This document shows positions 53,860-64,000 of a stretch of DNA of 64,000 bases, one piece after another. Positions within the stretch are counted from its first letter, which is position 1, and every line of letters starts with the position of its first letter. The position numbers and the translations under genes were made by a program. This stretch comes from Geosiphon pyriformis uo1. Lineage: Eukaryota; Fungi; Glomeromycota. The stretch covers positions 72,550 to 136,549 of the forward strand of contig JAAOMT010000638.1 of NCBI GenBank assembly GCA_016748015.1, read 5' to 3'. The notes beneath the pieces were generated by a model. It ran no database searches, was not told the origin of the DNA, and worked only from the letters and a program-made list of their open reading frames with translations.

Positions 53860-56649
53860 GTTTAATACTGTATTATTAATTTGTTGTTGTAATTTTTGAA
53901 ATTGTAAATTGGCAAATTGTTTAATATTATTGGTTATTATTATATTCATAGTTAAGTTTATTAATATTTTGTAACAGTTTTTAAATTGTTTAAAAATTTT
54001 GTAAACTCTTTTTGAATAAACTATATTATTGGTTTTTTTAATAAAACTTTTGAATTGGTAGATTATTGTTTTATTATATATTTTAATTAAATCTTTTAAG
54101 TATAATATTTGAATTTTTAAGTATTTTTTAAGTATTAACTAAAATTTTTTTATAGAAGTAATTTTTTATTGTTTTTATAATAAGTAAATTAATAATTTTT
54201 ATGTGTGTTTTATTTTTGACAAACAATTAGTATTGATATTTGATATTTTCTTTGTATTTGGTAATATAATTATATAATATTAATATTTATAACTTTTTAA
54301 CATATTTTTTTTAGTGTTTTTTTGTTATTTAACCAGACCAATTTTTTATAATCTGTGATAATATTAAAAAGTTTGTATTATAAATATGTATTAAAGTAAA
54401 CACAATTTTAAATTATTGCTAAATATTTTAGTTTATATGCTATATAAGTTTGTTTTATTTTACTAAAACTTCTATTGACATAAGTAATTATATATTCTTT
54501 TTTATTATAATTTTTTTGTAAAAAAATAATTTCAAGTCCAGTTTTAAAAGCATTTATGACCAAAATAAATTTTTTACTTTGTTTATTTTTAATGGATTTG
54601 GTTTTAATCTATTTTTTTTAACTATGTATTTTAAAAATATTAATTCGTTTTTTTCAAAAAAACATTTTTTTAAATTTAATTTAAGTTTAGTGTGTTTTAA
54701 TTTTTTAAAAACTTGTTATAAATATTAAAAATAATTTGTAAATTTGGCAAAAAAACATTTGTATTATCCAAATAAACAATAATAAATTGTTACAGAATTC
54801 TAGAGTAAATTATTTTTATTAGTTTTTGAAATATTGCAGAAGTATTTATTAATTCAAATAATATTATATAGAATTTATAATTGCTATTTTGTATTGTAAA
54901 TGCTGTTTTATGTTTGTTTTTTAGATCTATTTTTATTTGCTAATATTTGCTAATTAAGTCAAGTATAGAATACCATTTTGCTTTTTCAAAAATATTGAAA
55001 ATTTGTTAATTAATAATATAAAGTATAAGTTTTTGATTGTTTTGCTATTTAATTTGCAATAGTTAATTTAAAATTTAATTTTTTTATTCTTTTTTCTTAT
55101 TAAAACAATTAGTAAAAATTATAGACTTATTGATAATTGAATTATTTTTTTTTCAACATTTTTTGAACTTTTTTTTTAATAAATTTATGTTTCATTGATA
55201 AAAAATAGTATGTGTTTTATTTTTTAAATCTGATATTTTCAGAAAAAATTTGATCTAAACCAAGTTGGTTCTTTTAAATTCATTATTTTGTGAAAATATA
55301 TCAGAATATTTTAAAATTAATGCTTTTAATTACCTTTATTGGTTAGAATTTATTGTTTTAATGTTTAATTTGGCCAATTTTTCTGGCATAAATTAAAAGT
55401 AATTTAATAGTTATTGCCAATTTATTGAAGTAAGTTTATAATAAAACATAATTTTTGAAAAATTTAAAATTTTTTGTAATATTAATATATTTTTTAACTT
55501 TATTTTAAGATATCTAATTATAATATCTTCCAGAATATAGATAAGTTCTTCTGTAATGTTTACAATAAAATTTTTATCTATTGAGTTTTATTAGCTAAAA
55601 CAAAAAAGTTAGTAAGTCTTATAAAAAAACTATTACCAAATTTCTAGATAGAATTCAAATAATAAGTTTTTTTTTTAATTATTTTTTTTATTTTTATTTT
55701 TTATTTCTCATATGGCATAAACATAATAGGCTGCTTAGTTTTAACTAATTTATTTTTTTTTATTATTTTAGCAAAATTTGCTTTAATTTCTTTTTTGTTA
55801 ATCCAAAACCAAAACTTTTTTTTATTGTTTATACTAATTTTTCTTAATTTGTTACTAATACGAATTTTCCAATTTTTACCAATAGTAAAAAAATTGGTTG
55901 TACAATTTTTTTTAAATTTAATAGTATATAATTTTTTTGAGTTGTTTTACAATAAAACTATCAAATTTTTAGTATATTTAGAGTCAATTACTCTTCTTTG
56001 AATGCTTATTTTTTTTTTACAAGACTTAATTATAATGCTATTTGAATTATTATTTTTAACAGAATTTCAATCTTTATTTTTAGGTTAATTTTGGTAATTT
56101 TTTGTGTAACAATATTGTAAATTGGTTTTTTGAATAATATAAATCAAATCTAGTATTAATTAAATAAGTTTTTTTGAATATTATCTCTAAATATTTATTA
56201 TCAAAATATTAAATATCAATCTTTTATTCTAAATCAGTATAAATTACAAATTTTTTTGACTTAAAATCATCATGTAAGTTTTGTTAATTTTAATACTACT
56301 AATTTTTAATTTCTATTTTTTTTTTAAGTTTTTTTGGTATTTATATTTTTTATATTGCTAATTTTGACATAAAATAAGATAGTTATTGCAAAAATAAGTA
56401 TTAATTTAAACAAAATACTGCTCTTGTTTTTGGTAAATAAAATATAATTGTTAGTAGTTTTTTGAAATTTGTTTACTAAATTAATCATATTATAATTGTT
56501 AACTTTATTAACTATTTTGGCTAATATTTTCTAATGTTATATTTTTTTGGTGGTTTTTTCTCTTATTTTGGTCTGTAAAATATTTTATAACTTGTCTTTA
56601 TTTTTTTTAACATCTCTGTTTTATTTTCTCTCATAACCATATTAATTAT

Positions 56650-57010
56650 TTGATTAGAATTAGTTTTTTTTAGCTAATTCAAGTTCTTTGACAAGTGTAA
56701 CAACTTTTATTAAAAATTAAAATAGGTCAAACATACTTTTTTTAGAATACTGCTTTTTAATTCTTTAATAAATTGATTTAAAATTTAGTATAATATTCTG
56801 TTTTTATGGCTTTAATTTGACAATAAATTCGATTAAATTAGATAATTTATAGAGTAACAGTTTTATTTTAATCTTGTTTGATAATATTGAACTCGTTTTG
56901 GAGCTGAATTACTGTATTTAAGTTGTTAAAATATTCTAATAGCACTTTTTTAAATTAAACAAAATTTGTGAGTTTTGTTTTCAAGCTTTGATATTATAAA
57001 TTGGCAATGT
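56650..57010 (-). pseudogene. Ty3/Gypsy gag (capsid) relic
   Basis: IANL*YQSLKTKLTNFV*FKKVLLEYFNNLNTVIQLQNEFNIIKQ...TV....FNRIYCQIKAI...ILNQFIKELKSSIL matches the Retrotrans_gag pattern W...F...F...L...KQ...ETV..Y..RF...QFI.GL. Confidence 0.7.
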
Positions 57011-57685
57011 TTTTTCAAATATTTTTTTATAATTAGTATATTTTTTTAATTATGTTGCTTAAGTTTCTTAATATAATTAAAAGTTCTTAGTATTTGTAGA
57101 GTTAATGTAAATAATAATGCAGTTTTTAGTGAGAGTTAAATTTTATTTTTTGGAAAAAAATGATAAGATTTTTCTTTTAACAAATAAAAATATTGTTTTT
57201 TTACTAATTATGCAACATTTTTTTTGGACATTTGAGCAGGTGTTTTTAAATTTTGCTAATTTTTTTTATGATTAATTTCTGAATTTTTAACATATTTTTT
57301 AGTGTTTTTTGTAGATATTAAGTAATTTTTGTTGGCATATTACTCAATTTTGCAATAAATATGAACAATAATTATGGCTATTTTTGTTGCTTTTTTTGTA
57401 ATATATTGTAATAAATTCTTATATAATTAATGTTTAATATTATGTAGTTATTTTTTTTTATGTAATAATTTATTTTGGTATTAATATAATAAATAAAAAT
57501 ATTTTTAACTAGATAACACTTTTTTGATAATTTAAAATTACTTTGATATCATAAATAAAAGCATAACAAAATTTAATAACAATAAAATTAAAAAGTTTTA
57601 TTGTTACATTGGTTTTTTTTTTAACAATAAATTATTGCTAATTATTATTTTTTTTTAATTTTTTTTTCTTTTAAGATTTATTAAA

Positions 57686-58532
57686 TGTTATGAAATAATT
57701 TTTTTAGTATATTAAATGTTAATATTTCGTTTTAATTGCAATTAATCTCTCATGAGTTTTTTAATTTTATTTGTATAATAATGTTAATATTATATTAAAA
57801 ACTTTTTTTGATATTACAATATAAGTTATTTTTCAATTTTAATTGTTGTGTATATATTTATATACTTTATTTTAAAGATTAAACTGAAATTTATCTGTTA
57901 TTAAAATTTTCTTTGAGGCTATTTTTGTAATTGTCTAATGTGTTTTTTTAATTTAAAAACACATAATATTAATAGTCTTTAATGCTTTTTTTAATTCTTA
58001 CAATAAAATTTTTATTAATTAATAATATAAATAATAATATAAAAAAATTAAATAGAAATTATTTTTTTAAGAAATTCAGCTAATAAATAATAATTTCATT
58101 TAATAAATAATACAAATAAGTTTTTAATATTTTATGTTGTAATAATTTAGTTTTTAATTATTTTTTTGATTAAAAATTTTCTTGAATATTTTTTTAAAAG
58201 TAAAGGCTAAAAAATAATTAAAATAAAAGATGAAAATCTAACAAAATTAAACTGTTAAATAAATTATTGTTTTTTTTTAATATTAAAGCTACTATATATA
58301 TATATATTTATAGTTTTATGAAAAAATATATTGTAATACTTTTTTTTTGATATCTCAATTTAGTATTTGTTGCTATTAACAATTGGTGTTTATTACTATT
58401 GTAAACTAGTATTTGCTGCTATTACAAAATAGTACTTATTACTATATTAATTATTATTTTTTAAAATTATTATTGTGTTATATTATAATTAAATAATTTA
58501 TATTATTTTATAATTTATTTGCTAAATTCTTA
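57686..58532. repeat. LTR copy B (uninterrupted by the LINE; right end apparently truncated)
   Basis: Colinear with 46237-46673 + 53421-53797; differences are mostly transitions. Confidence 0.85.
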
Positions 58533-58999
58533 AATTATAATATTATGTAATTTTTATATATAATTATTTTTAAAATTATAATAAAAATTATATTGATAAC
58601 AAAGATAAAAACTATAATAAAAACAATAATAATAATAATTTATTTTTAAATAATATTAAAACTACAGTATAAAAAGCTTTTAATATGCTCAAAACTTATT
58701 ATATATACATTAATAATCTTTTTACATATAAAATTTTAACAAATAAATAGATTATATAATTGTTTTATTTTTTTTAAAATATTAAAGCAAAAAATTTTCA
58801 ATTTTAATGCTTAATATATAGATTAAACTTAATTATTATAAGGATTATAATTAAAAAAAAAGTATATACTCATACAAAAAAGTTGGTAATTAAAATTTAT
58901 AAAAACCAATATGTGTTTTTGAAGAATAATTTTGTTTTTTTACATATAAGAATTTTAAATAATATTTAAAATTATATTTCTAATATTAATAAAAAACAA

Positions 59000-60337
59000 T
59001 TGGGTTTGGGTGTTGATGTTCATGACTTATTGTCATCTACTTTGACGGAGCTGCAAGCTATAGCATTGGCTCTAAAGTGCATGTCTGTGGCTCGTTTTGT
59101 TCATCTGTTTTCGGATAGTCAGACAGCTTTGAATGCTTGCAGGTCAGAATCTGACTTAGTGTGTCCTAATTTTCATAATTGGTGTTGGGTCAAGCATTAG
59201 CATATTAGGAATATTATTTACAGCAAAAATTTGAGAGTTAAATGGCATAAGATTAAGGGCCACTCTGGTATTTCAGAGAATAATTGTACCAATAGCATCA
59301 TTGACACTGTGTTTTTTTCTGATTGGTATCTTCCTCCTTGTGTTAGTGAACATTTTTTGTTGGCAGATGGTGGTGTTGTGTCTGGTAATTCTAGGCACTT
59401 TGTTTATGATGTTTTTCATGCTGTTTGTTATGCACATTGGAAGGTCAGTTCTGGTTTTGGATTTCTAGATAGTGGTTTGCGTTCAGATGTTAATTGGCTT
59501 TGTTTTTCCAAAGTTTGGTACTCTGATTTGTATATGACCACTGGTTTCACTAACAGACTCACTGCTGACACTCGAACTTACCTCATGAAAGCTTTGTACT
59601 GTCAGCTTTCCATGGCTGTCCAAAAGTGCATTTACAATAAATATTACTCTAGTGTTCTGTGTCTATATTGTGGTGAGATTAAAGTGTTTAATCATGTGTT
59701 TTCTTGTGTGGTTGATAATTCAGCTCGCCATTAGGTCTTGGAATCTTGCATGTCTTCTTGAAGAGTGCTTTCTGGTCTTTCTTTTCTTTCTTCAGGTGTA
59801 TTACAGATACTGTCAACCTGTGCTTTGGACTTCCTGGTTTTTTCAGCTCTTTATAAGAGTTTTGTTTTTAATGAATGGCTTCGGGAGACTATTTCTATCT
59901 TTCATAATCCCAAAGTTGCTAGTGCTAAAATTACTAATTTTGTGTACTCTATTTGTCTTGCTTTCAGGAATGACGTTTGGTTGGTCTATGTTAAGTATTG
60001 TGCATTTATGAAAAAAAATAGCCTGATCCCAGTAGATGGCTTGATTTCCATTTCGGTTTTTGGTTTGACTTCGGAGTTCTTAGCTGATGTGATTGAATTG
60101 CTTGGGATTGCTAAGGCTTTTGGTATCCATTTTGGTTTTTGCAAGTCTTGTTTGTTTTTTTCAGATATTAGTAACCTGGTTTCTGTCAATATAAGTGCAT
60201 AGTGTTGTTTTGAATGGCTTGAGTGACTGGTCATGTGTAAAAAATGCATAATTTACACTTAGTTTAAATTATTTCTTTGATATATAGTTCTAAGTAGTGT
60301 TTGGACCTCACTCGTTAAATAAATAAATAAATAAAAA
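59000..60337 (+). mobile_element. 5'-truncated copy of the same LINE family (part of RNase H, C-terminus, 3' UTR)
   Basis: Colinear with the reverse complement of ~46680-48005. (TAAA)n tail 60316-60337; possible degenerate TSD aataaaaaacaat (58988-59000) / actaagaaacaat (60337-60349). Confidence 0.93.
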
Positions 60338-62494
60338 CTAAGAAACAATATATAAAAAAAAAGTAAAATAGAAAAATATTTTAAAGAGCTAATTATTTTA
60401 GAAAATATTGATATATTATTTTAATAAAAGATAAATTTATCATTATTACAATTCTACTTTTTAATTTTATATTGATTTTATATTTAATAATTCTAATTTA
60501 AAAATTTTAATATTTATATTTTATTACTATAATTTGTAATTATTTTACTATATTAAATAAGTATTTATAATAATTTTGCAAAATATAAACTAAATTTTTA
60601 GTGTTTGTATTTAAAATTATAATAAAATAGTATACTAAAACAAAAAATAATAAATAAAACATTATATAAATAAAATAAAAATAATAATTTCACTTACTTT
60701 TTAAAGTGGTTTCAATATAATAACTAAGATTTTAATAATATTTATAAACAATATTCTTGTATATATATGATAATTAATATATGATAATAATAAAATTTTA
60801 TTATTTTAATAATATTATTATTTGGTAAATTATTATACTTATTTATTAATAAATTACATAATTAATATTTTTTTTAAAAATATTGTTTTTTAATAATTTG
60901 CTATATGTTAAAGTGTTTTATTATTTTAGTTTTTCTATTAGATTATGATATAATATATTTTTTAACTTAAAATTTTGATTCATTTTTATATTTTACAAAA
61001 GATCCAAAAAATATTTAAGATTAAATTGTTAATATTCAATAATTTCAAATTTTTTAAAATTTTAAAAGAACAAAAGTATTATTTGTACTATTATAGAATT
61101 AATATTTAAGTTTTTAAAATATTGAGTATTTTTTCAAACATAAATTTATTTATATATTATTGCAAATTTAATGTAATTTATTATATATTAAACTATATTA
61201 TAATAATAAATTTTAATAAAATATTAATACTAATATATTAATATATAAAACATAATATGTTGTTTATAAACTGTAAATTGTCAAAAATTTAGGTAATTAC
61301 AGATTTTATAAATCAATTTATTGGACAAAGAAATAAGTATTTTTATTGCTTTTATTTATAGATATTTAGTAGTTATTAAAATTATAATGTATTTTGAAAT
61401 AAAAACTTAATTGCAAGAAATTTTTTTAAAAATAAATTTAAAAGATCAATACTAATATTTTTACAAATATCTTGAATAATTAAATAAATTTATATTCTAT
61501 ATACTTATTATTAAAATTTATAGTTGTTATATCAAACTATAAATTATTAAAAATAGATAATAAAAATTAAAATCATAAAAAATGTCATAATTAATTATTT
61601 ATATAAACTTGGTTTTTTCTTAAATAAACTTAATTTGTAATAAAAAAATATAGATAAGCAAAAATAATTTTTTTAAAAAGATGTATATTTTATAACATAT
61701 CTTAAAATATAATCTAATTAAAGAGAATACCAGATATTTTAATCTTAAATTAAATAATAAAATACACAAAACTTTTGAAATTATTACTTTTACTTTTATA
61801 TTAATTAAGAATTCAATTTTTGTTTAATTAATAATAATCATATTATAATAATCAAATAAAATTGAAAAAATATATTATTTTAAATAAAATATGTTTTTTT
61901 TTAAACAAACTTCCAATTTTTAATGTTTAATAATAATTTTTTTTTGACTATTATGTGTTATTTTTTTTTTATAATTATAACAAAACAAAAAATTAATTTA
62001 TTAATAAAAATATAAATTTAATTATTTTTAACTACAAATATTAACAAATATAAATTTACTTAATAATTTTATAATCTTGAATAAATTTTTTAATTTTTTT
62101 ATTATTAAGAGCTTATATATACTATTTGTAAAAATAATAACAGTAAAAATAAAAAAAATTAATATTTTAAATATTTGCTTTATTAAATACTTTAAAAACA
62201 ATAAAAACAACTTTTTTTTTAATCAATAATTAGAGTTATTTACAAAATAATACTATTTATCTACTTAAAATTCGAACTCTAAGAACTTATAACCATAATA
62301 TTTATATGATTAATACTATTTTTTACAGATAAAAAAAGTTATTAGTAATAAAACAAAGCTTTAAAATAACTGAATACTTAATACTTATTAATAATAAACA
62401 TAAAACTTATCTTTCTTTATCATAATTTATGGTTTTTTTATAAATTAAAAATTATTTTTTCTATTGGTTGAGAATCTAATAAAATTTTTACAAA

Positions 62495-62622
62495 TGACCA
62501 ATAATAAGTTGAGTAAAGTTATAAACAACTAAACTTAACTTGATTTCTTAAAAATAAAAATTTTCCAAGTTAAATCTAAGCCAAATCAAAACTCGACTCG
62601 ACTTAACTTATTAGAAGCCTTA
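62495..62622. mobile_element. Small palindromic MITE-like unit with GACTC pentamers
   Basis: taataagttgagt on the left is inverse to acttaacttatta on the right; actcgactcgact at 62591-62603. Confidence 0.45.
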
Positions 62623-62973
62623 ATTAAAAATGTATTTTTTGAAAAAATAACAAATTTCAACTACAAAAACATTTTGCAATAAAGATTTAAAACAATTCTA
62701 AACTTTTTAATAGAAGCAAGAATAAAACTATTTTAAATAAGACAAAAAAAAATGTATAAAACACTTTTTTTAAGTATTAATTAAATTATAAAAATGTTTT
62801 GGTAATAAATTCCCAAGTTGATAAAAAATACTATTTAAAATTAACAAAGTATTAAATAACAGATCTTATATCTTATAGAATTAATTTGATATAATATTAA
62901 TAATTAATCTGTTTATAATATAAGAATTAAAAAGTATTACAAAAGACTTAATTAGTTATTAATTATTCTAATA

Positions 62974-64000
62974 CAGTCAGATTTTTATGAAAGAACACAG
63001 TTGGAACATGCAAATTATGTTCCATTTTAAAGGTGTTTTATTATAGAGTTTTATAATTATTATAAAATAAACTATATTTATTTATTAAATCAATCAATTA
63101 TTATTATTAAAATATTGATTAATTGTTATCTGTTTTTTAGAATTTTCCTTCATTTTTTCATATTCATATAATTTTTTTCTAAGTAAATTTTGGTTTTCTA
63201 TACTAAAATTTTCTTCTGTTAATTGTTCTTCAAATTTAAATACCTTTTTTAATGCTTCATATGCTTCTGTAATTGTAATTATAGCAGGTGGAGATTCTTC
63301 TAATTCTTCTTCCGAGTCATTAATTATATTGGTTTCAATTTGAGCATCAGCTAAAACCATATCTACAATTTCATTATCATTAAGAATATTTTCAGTTTTC
63401 AATAATTCATCAACTGCTACAGTATAATCTTCGAGATTTTTGACTAATTATTGTGCACTTGATGGTAAATTGTTGAATATATCCATAGCAATTGATGTTT
63501 CGGATTCTTGAATTCTTGATTATAGAAAAAAATATCTGTTTTTTGCCAACAGTTTTGAATTGTAACAAGTGTTACTTGAAACCATGATTGAACAACATAA
63601 TCAATTGCTTGTTTTATGTTTAATTTATTTCTAAAAAATAAATTAATATTAGATAAAATTATATAATATATAATGATAATAATACTGTATATATTATATT
63701 ACTTAACTGTTCAATATTAATTTTATGTTCAAATTGATGTAAAATATGTTGACAATATAAATGCTTATATTTGCCTTTGAAAGATTTGATAATGCCAGCA
63801 TCCATTGGTTGAAGATGTGATGTTGTATTTGGAGGAAAATAGTGCAAAGTAATATTGGTTAATTGGAATGAATTTTCCCCGATTTGAGTATGATGAGAAG
63901 TTGCATTATCAACCAAAAGTAATATATGCCGATTTTGAATTCGAAAGCCTTCATTTATATATTTGAGCCATGCTTTCCATATATCTGAGCGCATCCATGC
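62974..64000 (-). mobile_element. pogo/Tigger-type (DDE_1) DNA transposon, 3' part; runs off the window
   Basis: TA at 62972-3 followed by a CAGTC terminus; transposase on the minus strand inside. Confidence 0.85.
63094..64000 (-). pseudogene. pogo DDE_1 transposase, partial, with a spliceosomal intron 63707-63631, a frameshift and a stop
   Basis: LLLVDNATSH...FPPNTTSHLQPMDAGIIKSFK (35 residues between the D of DN and the D of QPMD). Splicing continues in frame to KLNIKQAIDYVVQSWFQVTLVTIQNCWQKT, then frameshift ~63530, TAA ~63448, acidic tail and KKQITINQYF. Confidence 0.88.

Larger units (their letters stand above)
46237..58532 (-). mobile_element. Degenerate Ty3/Gypsy-type LTR retrotransposon with a LINE inserted in one LTR
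   Basis: Direct repeats 46237-46673 + 53421-~53800 and 57686-~58532, both starting TGTTAT. The internal region (~53860-57685) has a gag relic on the minus strand. No pol recognised. Confidence 0.75.
35900..62950. other. Nested, hypermutated transposon block
   Basis: Abrupt shift to near G/C-free sequence with almost no CpG and little TpC, no host genes, and embedded recognisable LINE, Gypsy, Tc1 and MITE-like units. Confidence 0.85.

Noticed and set aside
41531-62210. I/K/F/L/N-rich ORFs at 41531, 55795 and 62028 (also 25058) that resemble organellar genes
   Set aside because: Compositional artefacts of hypermutated TE DNA. No mitochondrial or endobacterial gene motifs, and TE domains are decodable in the same tracts.
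1-64000. rRNA, tRNA or CRISPR arrays
   Set aside because: No conserved rRNA blocks, cloverleaf/T-loop signatures or repeat-spacer periodicity seen by eye.

Overview
Very AT-rich eukaryotic (fungal) genomic DNA with short GT-AG introns. The gene families (MATA-type HMG box, class-3 lipase-like, LaeA-like methyltransferases, BTB, REase-kinase) and the retroelement types point to a Glomeromycotina fungus, Geosiphon-like by my recollection and not verified. The window has two compartments. (1) 1 to ~35.9 kb is gene-sparse host sequence: a lipase-fold gene lacking its catalytic Ser and His, a methyltransferase pseudogene missed by the ORF track, an HMG-box gene, a spliced restriction-endonuclease-fold + kinase-fold gene whose two active sites both look dead, a small secreted Cys protein, an MGCCCS-methyltransferase, a BTB protein, a full Tc1 (DD34E) element and many microsatellites. 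(2) ~35.9 to 64 kb is a nested transposon graveyard: a full-length APE-RT-RNase H LINE (14-bp TSD, ORF1/ORF2 joined by an ATGA stop-start overlap) inserted in the LTR of a Ty3/Gypsy relic, a 5'-truncated copy and an almost erased copy of the same LINE type, a Tc1 deletion derivative inside that erased LINE, two small palindromic MITE-like units and an intron-bearing pogo transposase. The most striking signal is graded, both-strand C>T/G>A hypermutation of the retroelements. Surviving cytosines sit mostly in ApC/GpC context while TpC and CpG are stripped, and the Tc1 elements in the same region keep their CpGs. This suggests a RIP-like genome-defence process with non-canonical sequence context (inference from by-eye reading, not computed).
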